This document shows positions 1-9,180 of a stretch of DNA of 64,000 bases, in pieces. A model generated the notes under the pieces. It was not told the origin of the DNA and made no database searches. It saw only the letters and a list, made by a program, of their open reading frames with translations. How positions within the stretch are numbered: the first letter of the stretch is position 1; each line of letters begins with the position of its first letter. The position numbers were made by a program, and so were the translations under genes. The DNA is from Treponemataceae bacterium (GTDB lineage: Bacteria > Spirochaetota > Spirochaetia > Treponematales > Rectinemataceae), in contig CAXXVZ010000002.1 of assembly GCA_963678065.2 (NCBI GenBank), positions 1 through 64,000 of the forward strand, read 5' to 3'.

Positions 1-1797
1 TCGTTCGAGCAGTACGCGGATAAACCGCTCGTACTGACGTTCATCGAGACTTCGGACATCCACGGAGCCATCTATCCCTACGATTTCGTCAACGCGAGGC
101 CGATGGCCACATCCCTCGCCCAGGTCGCGACACTGGTCGGCGAAGAGCGCTCCGCCCCGGACGCCAATGTCGTTCTTCTGGACAACGGCGACTCCCTCCA
201 GGGACAGCCCACTGTCTACTATTACAACTTCGAGAAGACCGACGGTCCGCACATCTGGTCCCGGGCCCTCAATTTCCTGAATTACGACGCAGTCGGCGTG
301 GGGAACCACGACATCGAGGCCGGTCACGCCGTCTATGACAAGCTCTACGAGGAACTCCAGGCCCCCGTCATCTGCGCCAACGCCGTCAATCCGGACGGAA
401 GCCCCTACTTCACCCCCTACAAGATCATCGAGCGCCAGGGCGTCAAGATCGCCATCCTCGGCCTCGTCACCCCGAAAATCCCCGACTGGCTCCCCCCGCA
501 GTTCTGGACCGGCATGCAGTTCGAGGACATGGTCGCCTCCGCCAAGAAGTGGGTCCCGATCATCATGGAGAAAGAGAAGCCGGACGTCCTCGTCGGCCTC
601 TTCCACTCAGGCGTCGACTATACCTACGGTGGAACCACCAAGACCACCCCGAACAACGAGAACGCCGCCCAGCTCGTCGCAGAGCAGGTTCCCGGATTCG
701 ACATCGTTTTCGTCGGCCACGATCACTCTGGCTGGGATGGCATGGGATGGGATCCCGTCGCCAAGAAGAAAGTCGAGGTCAAGGATCCGAACGGCAAGAC
801 TGTCTACATCTACGGCTCCCTCGCCAGCGGGCAGGCCGAGCCCGTCGTCAACCTCATGATGAGCTGGAACAAAGACAGCCAGTCCTGGACCAAGATGGTC
901 CGCGGAGCCCTCGTTCCCATGAAGGGCGTCGCCGCTGATCCCGCCTTCGTCGCCGAATTCCAGCCCTCCTTCGACGCGATCAAGGCCTGGGTCGACCGCC
1001 CCATCGGCAAGATGGACGGCGTCATCACGACCCGCGAGTCCATGTTCGGCGACTCCGCCTTCGTCGACCTGATCCACAGGATCCAGCTCGACATCTCCAA
1101 GGACCCCGCCATCGGGCTCGTCCCCGCCGACATCTCCTTCGTCGCCCCGCTCTCCGCCGACTCGAAGATCCCGACCAGCAAGGACGGGACCCTCTACGTG
1201 CGCGACATGTTCAACCTCTACGTCTACGAGAACTTCCTCTACACGATGACGCTCACCGGACAGCAGGTGAAAGACTTCCTCGAGTACTCCTACCAGTACT
1301 GGTTCGACACCATGCCGAACGAGGGGAACCACATCATCAACTTCCAGAAGAACAAGGAAGGCAAGCTCGTACTCGACACCCGGACCAACATGCCGCTGAC
1401 CGCGACCCGCTACTACAACTACGACTCCGCGGCCGGCATCAACTACTCTGTCGACGTTTCCCAGCCGGCGGGGAAACGCATCAATATCTCTTCCATGTCC
1501 GACGGCAGGGTCTTCAACGCCGACGCGACCTACGTCGTCGCCATCAACTCCTACCGCGGCTCGGGCGGCGGCGGCCACCTCGAGAAGGGCGCCCGGCTCG
1601 ACAAAGAGACCATCCGAACCATGAAGCTCGTCAACGGCGCCACCACCAAAGACCTCCGCTACTTCCTCCTGAAGTGGTTCGAGGGGCAGAAAGAGACTGT
1701 GACCGTCGGTTCGATCGGCAACTGGACAGTCGAGCCCGCCGATCTCGCCGATCTCGGTGCGGCCAACGACTATCCCCTCCTCTATCCCAAGAAGTGA
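1..1797 (+). CDS. 2',3'-cyclic-nucleotide 2'-phosphodiesterase / 5'-nucleotidase family (CpdB-like), 5'-truncated by window edge
   Basis: Frame open from base 1; metallophosphoesterase motifs ETSDIHG, DNGDSLQG, GNHD, GHDH; C-terminal nucleotidase domain (NSYRGSGGG). Confidence 0.88.
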   Translation, partial: SFEQYADKPLVLTFIETSDIHGAIYPYDFVNARPMATSLAQVATLVGEERSAPDANVVLLDNGDSLQGQPTVYYYNFEKTDGPHIWSRALNFLNYDAVGVGNHDIEAGHAVYDKLYEELQAPVICANAVNPDGSPYFTPYKIIERQGVKIAILGLVTPKIPDWLPPQFWTGMQFEDMVASAKKWVPIIMEKEKPDVLVGLFHSGVDYTYGGTTKTTPNNENAAQLVAEQVPGFDIVFVGHDHSGWDGMGWDPVAKKKVEVKDPNGKTVYIYGSLASGQAEPVVNLMMSWNKDSQSWTKMVRGALVPMKGVAADPAFVAEFQPSFDAIKAWVDRPIGKMDGVITTRESMFGDSAFVDLIHRIQLDISKDPAIGLVPADISFVAPLSADSKIPTSKDGTLYVRDMFNLYVYENFLYTMTLTGQQVKDFLEYSYQYWFDTMPNEGNHIINFQKNKEGKLVLDTRTNMPLTATRYYNYDSAAGINYSVDVSQPAGKRINISSMSDGRVFNADATYVVAINSYRGSGGGGHLEKGARLDKETIRTMKLVNGATTKDLRYFLLKWFEGQKETVTVGSIGNWTVEPADLADLGAANDYPLLYPKK

Positions 1798-1827
1798 GTC
1801 TTCCTTTCAGTCCCTGACTGCAAAGAT

Positions 1828-1856
1828 GGCCGCGCCCCCAGGCGCGGCCTTTTCTT
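1828..1856 (+). terminator. Rho-independent terminator
   Basis: GGCCGCGCC-ccca-GGCGCGGCC followed by TTTTCTT, just after the stop at 1797. Confidence 0.8.
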
Positions 1857-1950
1857 GATCCGCACGTGGGTTTCATACCCCGCGGCTCGCTGCGAGGTTG
1901 TCGACCCGGACACCGCGTTTTCCCCTGCCGCCGCTTTTTTTCGTGAAATG

Positions 1951-1979
1951 TTGTCGGGAGAAGAAAAGCGCGGTACTAT
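1951..1979 (+). promoter_or_regulatory. sigma70-type promoter of Hsp20 gene
   Basis: TTGTCG-17 bp-TACTAT. Confidence 0.55.
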
Positions 1980-2112
1980 TGATGAGTGGACGGTCGGTCT
2001 GTTCGACGCCCGTCACCTGGTCGCTCCGTCCGGAGGACCATATACGATTTTTGCCGGCGCGAAGGATTCGCTTCCGGCAAGAAACTTCGCCGGAATGGCG
2101 ATGGAGGTCATC

Positions 2113-2652
2113 ATGAAAGGCAACAGAATGTACATGGACATCGGTTCCATCATGGACGAAGTCTTCGAGGCAGCCAAGGATTTCGGCGAAAAAATGAAGC
2201 ACTTCGATCCTTCGGAGATGCCGAAGTGCGAGCCGAAGTTCACCTCGACCTGGTTCGATTCCGGCACCGAAGAAAACACCGACTACTATCCCAACTATTC
2301 CTATCCCCCGATGAACATCTACATGACGCCCGACAGAAGCATCGTGTTCGAGTTCGCGCTCGCGGGATTCGACGAGAAGGACATCTCCCTCACCTTCCAG
2401 GGCGACTACATGGTCTTCGCGGCCCGCATCGGCATCACCGAGCAGACCGAGGAGGGCGTCAAATACTTCAAGCGCAGGCTCAAGCTGAAGGACGTCGACA
2501 AGCAGAAGTACTATGTCCCCGCCGACAAGTTCGATCAGGAGAAGGTCCGCGCCGTCTTCCGCAACGGCATCCTCAAGATCACCGTTCCTCCCAAGGAAGA
2601 CTCGGAGTCGGGCGACGGAATCAAGATCGAGATCGTCCGCGAAGGGAAGTAA
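2113..2652 (+). CDS. Hsp20/alpha-crystallin small heat-shock protein
   Basis: GGAGG RBS at 2103-2107; YPPMNIY...FALAGF...AVFRNGILKITVP alpha-crystallin signature. Confidence 0.88.
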   Translation: MKGNRMYMDIGSIMDEVFEAAKDFGEKMKHFDPSEMPKCEPKFTSTWFDSGTEENTDYYPNYSYPPMNIYMTPDRSIVFEFALAGFDEKDISLTFQGDYMVFAARIGITEQTEEGVKYFKRRLKLKDVDKQKYYVPADKFDQEKVRAVFRNGILKITVPPKEDSESGDGIKIEIVREGK

Positions 2653-2742
2653 GCGCAGATCGGGCGGGCGTCAATGCTCGTCCGGAAGCGCTCCCCGAGG
2701 GGCAGGGCCGCAGGCCCCGAGCCGTTGTCGCAAAGCTACTTC

Positions 2743-2777
2743 AAAAACCGCCGACTGCGAAGTCCGGCGGTTTTTTT
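2743..2777. terminator. Bidirectional intrinsic terminator
   Basis: AAAAACCGCCG...CGGCGGTTTTTTT between convergent genes. Confidence 0.8.
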
Positions 2778-2780
2778 ATT

Positions 2781-3191
2781 TCAGCCCGGAAACCCTGCCG
2801 CCCGCAGGGCCGCGCGGGCCGAGGCGAGTTCCGCTTCGGACATTGCCCACAGCTCGCTGTTCTCCATGGACGTATCGCTCGCCTCGACGAGGACGAGGGA
2901 AACGCCGGGAGCCGTGACCGTCGTGTGCCAGAGGCCGGAGGGGATGGTGTATGTCGCGCCCGCCTCCATCATGGTCGCGGAGAAACCGCCCCCCTTCTCG
3001 CCCGCGAGAATGCAGCACGATCCGGCGAGGAGGATGAAGGTCTCGTCGGTCTTGCGGTGAAGTTCGAGCGTCTCGAGGGCTTCGAAGGAATTCTGCGGCT
3101 TGAAATTCTTGAGGCCTATTTTCCACGAGGCATTGTCGTACACCCATTTCAGACCTTCGCCTGCGTGGGAGTCCATCTTCCAGAGATTCAT
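2781..3191 (-). CDS. Small cupin-fold protein
   Basis: ELHRKTDETFILLAG and YTIPSGLWHT cupin-like motifs; GGAG RBS. Confidence 0.6.
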   Translation of the reverse strand: MNLWKMDSHAGEGLKWVYDNASWKIGLKNFKPQNSFEALETLELHRKTDETFILLAGSCCILAGEKGGGFSATMMEAGATYTIPSGLWHTTVTAPGVSLVLVEASDTSMENSELWAMSEAELASARAALRAAGFPG

Positions 3192-3263
3192 GAGCGTCTC
3201 CTTGTCGTTCCTGGTTTGTCGTTCCTGGTTTCCGGGTTTTGGCCGTGGGCGCGGGCTTGCCCG

Positions 3264-4094
3264 TCAACCTTTCACCGCCCCCGCCGTCATGCCCGAGATC
3301 ATCTGTTTCTGCACGAAGAAGAAGAGGATTATGATCGGGAGGGCCGTCAGGATTCCTCCCGCGGTCAGAAGCCCCCAGGCGATCTGGAACTCGCCGACCA
3401 TGTTCTGCAGAGCGACGGGAATCGTCCTGACCTTGCTCGATGTGAGGACGGCCGCGTAGAGGAATTCGTTCCAGGCCGTAATGAAGATGTAGATTCCCGT
3501 GGCGGAGATGCCCGGCATAGCGACCGGGAACACGATCCTGAGCATGGCCCCGAATCGGCTGAGGCCGTCGATCAGCGCGCTCTCGTCGAGCTCCTTCGGG
3601 ATAGCCCTGAAGAAACTCGTCATCATCCAGGTCGAGAAGGGGATGGTGAAGGTCGAGTAGGCGAGGATGAGTGCGAGCCGGGTATCCATGAGTCCGAGCT
3701 TTTTCATGAGGATGAAGAGTGGGATGAGGAGAAGGACGATCGGGAACATGTTGATGACGAGAAACTGAAGGAGAAGCGGCTTACGGAAGCGGAAACGGAA
3801 TCGCGCGAAGCTGTAGCTCGCCGTGAGGGTGAGTCCGAGACCCAGAATCGTACTTCCCGCCGCGACGAGGAAACTGTCCATCATGTTTTTTCCGAAATTG
3901 ATATTCCGGAACAGCCGGACATAATTCCCGAAGGTCGGGTGCTGGGGAAAATAACGGAATCCCGTGTTGAGCTCGACATCGGGCGTGAGCGAGGTGATGA
4001 AGGTCCAGATGTAGGGACCGACCGCGAAGAGCACGAGAAGAATGACGGGCAGGTGGAGGCCGAAAATCCGCTTGAGGGATCGGACTGTGCGCAT
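3264..4094 (-). CDS. Carbohydrate ABC transporter permease (MalG-like)
   Basis: Starts MRTVRSLKR, overlapping upstream stop; EAA loop IPKELDESALIDG; multiple TM helices. Confidence 0.92.
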   Translation of the reverse strand: MRTVRSLKRIFGLHLPVILLVLFAVGPYIWTFITSLTPDVELNTGFRYFPQHPTFGNYVRLFRNINFGKNMMDSFLVAAGSTILGLGLTLTASYSFARFRFRFRKPLLLQFLVINMFPIVLLLIPLFILMKKLGLMDTRLALILAYSTFTIPFSTWMMTSFFRAIPKELDESALIDGLSRFGAMLRIVFPVAMPGISATGIYIFITAWNEFLYAAVLTSSKVRTIPVALQNMVGEFQIAWGLLTAGGILTALPIIILFFFVQKQMISGMTAGAVKG

Positions 4095-4981
4095 CAGTAT
4101 TGATCCTCCGTTTTCAGCACTCTCTTGACGTATCCAGCGACGAAGACGACGAGCACGAGGGTCAGAAGGAGGGAAATCGTCGCCGCGTAGCCGAAATCGA
4201 GGGCCTTGTAGGCTTTCAGGTAGGAGAACACGGGCAGCGTGTAGGTCGCATAGCCGGGGCCTCCTCCCGTCATCACGTAGATGATGTCGAGGGAGTTGGC
4301 CACCCAGATGATCCTGAGGAGAATCGAGGTCAGGAGGATGGGGACGATGAGGGGCAGGGTCACGGAAAAGAATTTTCTGAAAGTGCCAGCTCCGTCCACG
4401 GTCGCGGCTTCCAGGAGTTCGGAGGGAACGGACTGGAGTCCCGCGAGGATCATAATGGAAAAGAAGGGGAAGCCTTGCCACATGAGGGCGACCATGACCG
4501 CGGGCAGGGCAGTCGAAGCGTCGGCGAGCCAGGGCTGATACTGGTGAAGGATGCCAAGCCTGACAAGTATGTCGTTGATGACGCCTCGGTTTCCATCGTA
4601 CATGAGGCGCCACATGAGCCCCGTGATGATCGAAGGCGTGACCCAGGGGATGAGGATGAGGCTGCGGGCGATGCCGCGCCACGCGAAGTCGCGGTTCAGG
4701 AGCAGGGCCGCAGCGAAGCCGAGCGCGAGCTGGAGGCTGATGACGCCGACGATCCAGACAGCCGTATTTTTGAGGGCGATCCAGAACACGGGATCGCGCA
4801 GGACCGCGACATAATTCGCGAATCCGATGAAACCGCGATCTTTCGGTTTCCAGATGACATACTTCATGAAGCTCATGAAAGAAGTCTGGACGATCGGAAC
4901 GAGAACGATCGCGACGGTGACGGCGATGGCTGGAGCGATGAGGGCATAGGGGAAATAATCGGCTTTTCCTGTTTTCACCAT
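4094..4981 (-). CDS. Carbohydrate ABC transporter permease (MalF-like)
   Basis: FIGFANY, LAGLQSVPSELLEAATVDGAG, MTGGGPG motifs. Confidence 0.92.
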   Translation of the reverse strand: MVKTGKADYFPYALIAPAIAVTVAIVLVPIVQTSFMSFMKYVIWKPKDRGFIGFANYVAVLRDPVFWIALKNTAVWIVGVISLQLALGFAAALLLNRDFAWRGIARSLILIPWVTPSIITGLMWRLMYDGNRGVINDILVRLGILHQYQPWLADASTALPAVMVALMWQGFPFFSIMILAGLQSVPSELLEAATVDGAGTFRKFFSVTLPLIVPILLTSILLRIIWVANSLDIIYVMTGGGPGYATYTLPVFSYLKAYKALDFGYAATISLLLTLVLVVFVAGYVKRVLKTEDQY

Positions 4982-5077
4982 CGGGTCCTCCGTTCGTGGC
5001 CGGCACGGCGCCGGCAGGCGGCGAAAGCCCGCCGCTGCCGTGTCTGTGCCGGTTCACCTCGATTCACTGGAATCGGA

Positions 5078-6304
5078 TCACTTCTTGAAGTGCTCCTCGA
5101 AGATTTTCATCATCTCGGCGGAGCTGATCTGGCCGTTGAAGGCGCGGGCCATGGTAGTCGGCCAGACCGAATCCACGAACTCGGCTATGGCGGGGTGGGC
5201 GGGCAGGACGCCGGCGAAGGGCATGGAGTCGATTGTCGCCTTCATGAAGCGGTCGGATTGCGCGGAGGAAGTCATACCGTTCGAAATGTTCACCGAAACC
5301 TGGCCTGATGCCTTCTGCCAGATCGCGTTGTTCTCGGCCGAGGCGAGGAAGGAAATCCACTTGAAGGCCTCGGGTTTGACCTTGGAAGCCTTGAAAATGG
5401 CGTTCTCTTCGTCGCCGAAGCTCGTCCAGGATCCGGTCAGGCCGCGAGGCACGGGGGCGGCGGAAATCTTGTCGCCGAGGGCGGCCTCGAGTTCCTTGGA
5501 GCTGCCGAGATGGTGGATGGTCATGGCGGTCTTGCCGGACTTCATGTTGGCGATGACCTCGGCGAAGCCGTCCATGGGGGTCGTGGGCGGGCTGACCTTG
5601 TGGACCCTGTACAGGTCGATGAACCACTGGTTCGCCTTGATCGCCTCGGGAGTGGTCAGGCCGGACTTGCCCTTGGAGTCGAAGAACTGGGCGCCGCTCG
5701 ACAGGACAAAGGCGCCCCACCAGTCGTGGCCGCCCTTCGCTCCGCGGATGCCGAAGCCGTAGACATCGGTGATGCCGTCGCCGTTCGTGTCCCGGGTGAG
5801 CTTCTTGACGACATCGAGGAACTCGTCGCGGGTCGTCGGGACCTTGAGGCCGAGCTCCTTGAACATGTCGACGCGGTAGTACATGTACAGGATGACCATC
5901 TGGAGGGGCATGAGGTACTGCTTGCCGTCGGTGTACTTCGTGAGTTTCCAGACGTTGTCGAAGATATCCGACTTGCCGGCCCACGATGCGAGATAGGGAT
6001 CGAGGGTTTCGAGGGCGTCCATCTCGACGAGCTGGGGCTGCCACCAGAGCTTGACCTGGGATACGTCGGGGGGTGTGCCGGCGGCCACGGCGGTCACGAG
6101 TTTCTGGTAGTAGGTCGACCAGTCGATGCGCTCGGCGATGATCTTGATGCCGGGATTCTGGGCCTCGAATTTGTCGATGAGGGGCTTTACGGCCACCTCG
6201 GGGTTGTCGAAGTGGTACCAGAACCGGACTTCCTTGTTCGGGGCTGCGCCCGCGAGGGCGACCGCGAAGCAGAGGACGAAGAGAATGGCGAGGATCTTTT
6301 TCAT
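5078..6304 (-). CDS. Sugar ABC transporter substrate-binding protein
   Basis: AAGGAGG RBS; signal peptide MKKILAILFVLCFAVALA; SBP family 1 motifs (AAGTPPDV, YYRVDMFKELG). Confidence 0.9.
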   Translation of the reverse strand: MKKILAILFVLCFAVALAGAAPNKEVRFWYHFDNPEVAVKPLIDKFEAQNPGIKIIAERIDWSTYYQKLVTAVAAGTPPDVSQVKLWWQPQLVEMDALETLDPYLASWAGKSDIFDNVWKLTKYTDGKQYLMPLQMVILYMYYRVDMFKELGLKVPTTRDEFLDVVKKLTRDTNGDGITDVYGFGIRGAKGGHDWWGAFVLSSGAQFFDSKGKSGLTTPEAIKANQWFIDLYRVHKVSPPTTPMDGFAEVIANMKSGKTAMTIHHLGSSKELEAALGDKISAAPVPRGLTGSWTSFGDEENAIFKASKVKPEAFKWISFLASAENNAIWQKASGQVSVNISNGMTSSAQSDRFMKATIDSMPFAGVLPAHPAIAEFVDSVWPTTMARAFNGQISSAEMMKIFEEHFKK

Positions 6305-6468
6305 GAATGCCTCCTTCATGACTCCAGCCGCGGCCATACGGCCCGGCCCCCGGTCTCCCTGTGAGACCGGAACAATCCTTCATCCGGCGCCGGGACGATG
6401 GCCGGCGGCCGGCAGTTTCACGACTTTCCGGCGCGTCCGCACGAACGCGTCGGCGAGTTCACTCCTCG

Positions 6469-7416
6469 TCAACGGACCCGCGCGAGCGCCTTCCCGCAAG
6501 CCTCGACGACCGCGGTGGCGGTCAATCCGTACTTTTTCAGGATCTCGGCAGGTTCGCCGCCTTCGCCGAAGCGGTCAGGAACAGCCACGGTTTCGAGGGG
6601 GACGGGCATGGTGCGGCACAGGCACTCGGCGACGGCGCTTCCGAGGCCGCCCAGAATCGAATGTTCCTCCACCGTGACAAGGGCGCCGCAGTCGCGCGCC
6701 GCAGCGACGATTGCGGCTTCATCCAATGGTTTGATCGTGTGGACATCGAGGACGCGGGCGGAGATCCCGTCGAGCGCCAGCCTGTCCGCGGCTTCGAGCG
6801 CCAATCCGAGCATGGAACCTGTCGAGAGAATGGCGAGATCCGACCCCTCGCGGACTGCCCTGATTTTCCCGGGAAGAAATTCGTCGGAGTCGTCCGTGAA
6901 TACGGGCGAGCCGATCCTGCCGAGCCTCAGATAGACGGGACCCCTTATCGCGGCTGCCGCGAACGTGGCCTTGTAGGCCTGGACGGCGTCGCAGGGCACG
7001 AGAACAGTCATTCCGGGAATGACGCGCATGAGGGCGATGTCGTCGATGGACTGGTGAGTCGCGCCGTCCGCTCCGACGCAGATGCCGCCGTGGCTCGTCA
7101 CGATCTTCACGTTGGCCCCGTTGTAGGCGACACCGATCTTGACGGGGAGGTTGGCGAGCCCCGTGGCGAAGGTGGCGAAGGTTCCGGCGAAGGGGATTTT
7201 TCCGGAGATCGCCAGGCCGGCGGCCGTGCAAATCATGTCGTTCTCGGAGATGCCCATCTGGAAGAAGCGCTCGGGGTAGGCTTTGGCGAACCAGTGCATG
7301 CGAATGGCCTCGGTGAGATCGGCGACGAGGGCGACGACATCGGGATTTGAGGCGGCGAGGTCGACGAGAGCGCGTCCGAAGCCGTCGCGTATGGCTGTAC
7401 CAGCGGGAAACATCAT
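6469..7416 (-). CDS. Transketolase-like C-terminal subunit
   Basis: GISENDM, GADGATHQ, DVHTIKPLD, EEHSILGGLG. Confidence 0.92.
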   Translation of the reverse strand: MMFPAGTAIRDGFGRALVDLAASNPDVVALVADLTEAIRMHWFAKAYPERFFQMGISENDMICTAAGLAISGKIPFAGTFATFATGLANLPVKIGVAYNGANVKIVTSHGGICVGADGATHQSIDDIALMRVIPGMTVLVPCDAVQAYKATFAAAAIRGPVYLRLGRIGSPVFTDDSDEFLPGKIRAVREGSDLAILSTGSMLGLALEAADRLALDGISARVLDVHTIKPLDEAAIVAAARDCGALVTVEEHSILGGLGSAVAECLCRTMPVPLETVAVPDRFGEGGEPAEILKKYGLTATAVVEACGKALARVR

Positions 7417-8300
7417 GATGCCCTCCTCGGATCGGGATAGTCGGCAAAAATTCCGGAGCTGCCGAGGGCTTCCAGCGCCCTCGCGGTCTGCTCGGCGTTC
7501 GGACAGCTGCCGTGCCAGGCGGGATCATTCTCCATGAAGGGAACACCCTTGCTCATGACCGTGCGGGCGATGAACGCTTTGGGCTTGCCTCGTCCGCCTG
7601 AGGCGGCCTGCGCCACAAAGCCGCCGGGGCGGAATGCCCGCGCGAGGACGCCGTGGTCGTGGCCGTCGATCGTCTCGACCTCCCAGCCAAAGGACTCGAG
7701 GCGTTTGTCCAGCGGATCGATGCTCTTGACCGAGGCCACCGTTCCGTCGATCTGGAGATCGTTCTTGAGGACGATCAGGTTCATGGACGAAAGGCCGCGC
7801 TGGGCTGAGGTCATGAGCGCTTCCCAGACGATGCCTTCCTGCATCTCTCCGTCGCCGACGAGACAAAAAATCCGCGCCCGGCTCTTTGCCATGGCGAGGC
7901 CGAGGGCGAGTCCGTTCGCCACGGCGAAGCCCTGCCCCAGCGGTCCGGTGGACGCGTCGACGAGGTCGGAAAGATGCCTGCGCGAGGGGTGGCCCTGGAG
8001 GCGCGTCCCGAACTTTCTGAAGGTCGCGAGTTCCTCCCGTGGAATGAAGCCCGCGAGGCTCAGCGCCGAATACCAGGCGGCGCAGATGTGCCCGTTCGAG
8101 AGGATGAGCCGGTCGCGGTCGGGATCGGCCGCAGAATCCGGGGATACGCGCATGGCGCCGCCGTACAGCACCGCGAGAATGTCCGCGGCCCCGAGCGCGC
8201 CGCCCGGATGGCCGGAACCGGCCCCCGAGATCATGCGGATCGTGTCCCTTCTGATCTGGAGCGCCGCCTGCCGCGTGCGTCCCGTGTCGATGTCCGTCAT
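7413..8300 (-). CDS. Transketolase-like N-terminal subunit
   Basis: SGHPGG, DRDRLILSNGH, LQGHP, TPP motif GDGEMQEG. Confidence 0.92.
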   Translation of the reverse strand: MTDIDTGRTRQAALQIRRDTIRMISGAGSGHPGGALGAADILAVLYGGAMRVSPDSAADPDRDRLILSNGHICAAWYSALSLAGFIPREELATFRKFGTRLQGHPSRRHLSDLVDASTGPLGQGFAVANGLALGLAMAKSRARIFCLVGDGEMQEGIVWEALMTSAQRGLSSMNLIVLKNDLQIDGTVASVKSIDPLDKRLESFGWEVETIDGHDHGVLARAFRPGGFVAQAASGGRGKPKAFIARTVMSKGVPFMENDPAWHGSCPNAEQTARALEALGSSGIFADYPDPRRAS

Positions 8301-9016
8301 GCTGTCTCCTGTTTCCCGCCGGGAAGACGACGCCCGCGGGATTTGTTCATGTGATCTTCCATGGCTGCGGCAGCGGCCGCAGGATCATGGTCGCGGATGG
8401 CCCTGACCACCCGCTCGTGCTCTTCGGAGGTTCGCTGGAAACGGTCGGGATCGCGTTCCTCGAAGCCCCTGTTCATGGCGATTATCTGGGGCGTGATGTA
8501 GCTGACGAGGGAGATGGTCACGGGATTTCCGCTCGCCCGGGCGATGGAGAGATGGAAGAGGTGATCCTCTTCCAGGGTGTTCTCGCCGGCGAGAGCCTTC
8601 TGCCTGAACTCCTCGTGGCAGCGGACAACTTCCCCGATCGCCTCAGGTGAGGCGTGGAGGGCGGCGGCCCTGGCGGCGTGGGCTTCCAGAAGCGTCCGGA
8701 CTTCGATCAGGTCGGCTGCCTCGTAGTCCTCCCCGAGTTCGCCGATCGACGAGATGAGTCCGGCAAGAGCCTTGCCGCCGATTCCGGCGACGATGGTCCC
8801 CCGCTGCGGAAGGGTTTTCACGATTCCGTAATGCTCGAGAGTGTTGATGGCCTTGCGGACGTAGCCGCGCGAGATCCCGAGCTCGGCGGTGAGGGTCCTC
8901 TCCGAAGGAAGCTTCATGCCGGATCGCAGTTCGCCCGAGATGATGAGCTTCCGGATGTGGTCGAATACGATGTGGTCGGGAGAATCGTTTTCTGTTTCCG
9001 CTCGGTTCTGTTCCAT
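8297..9016 (-). CDS. GntR family (FadR subfamily) transcriptional regulator
   Basis: KLPSERTL...GISRGYVR winged HTH; FCD domain (DHLFHLSIA, EEHERV). Confidence 0.92.
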   Translation of the reverse strand: MEQNRAETENDSPDHIVFDHIRKLIISGELRSGMKLPSERTLTAELGISRGYVRKAINTLEHYGIVKTLPQRGTIVAGIGGKALAGLISSIGELGEDYEAADLIEVRTLLEAHAARAAALHASPEAIGEVVRCHEEFRQKALAGENTLEEDHLFHLSIARASGNPVTISLVSYITPQIIAMNRGFEERDPDRFQRTSEEHERVVRAIRDHDPAAAAAAMEDHMNKSRGRRLPGGKQETA

Positions 9017-9020
9017 GGGA

Positions 9021-9060
9021 CTCCCTACTGGTTAACCAGATCTGGTTAACCAGTAGGGAG
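9021..9060. promoter_or_regulatory. Perfect 40-bp palindrome with two TGGTTAACCA boxes; probable FadR-type operator
   Basis: CTCCCTACTGGTTAACCAGATCTGGTTAACCAGTAGGGAG equals its own reverse complement. Confidence 0.8.
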
Positions 9061-9087
9061 TATAGGGGCATATTCCGATCCTGTCAA
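9059..9087 (-). promoter_or_regulatory. sigma70 promoter of GntR/transketolase/ABC operon
   Basis: Minus strand TTGACA-17 bp-TATACT. Confidence 0.85.
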
Positions 9088-9180
9088 ATTTTTTCTTTTG
9101 CGTCTTTTTTTCGGGTCGGAGATGCCAATGCCGGCGATCGAATCCCGGAAACCCGCGCGCAGCGAGGATCTGGCCAGGCT

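Noticed and set aside
1798..2112. CIRCE element upstream of Hsp20
   Set aside because: TTAGCACTC-N9-GAGTGCTAA not present
3202..3231. 14-bp tandem duplication TTGTCGTTCCTGGT x2 (also loose repeats at 19385-19445)
   Set aside because: Two-copy intergenic slippage with no sign of function
1986..4103. Long 705-aa ORF and many similar long alternative-frame or antisense ORFs (e.g. 23581-25188, 49805-52183, 55217-57022)
   Set aside because: Shadow ORFs of high-GC codon bias overlapping well-supported genes; no recognisable motifs
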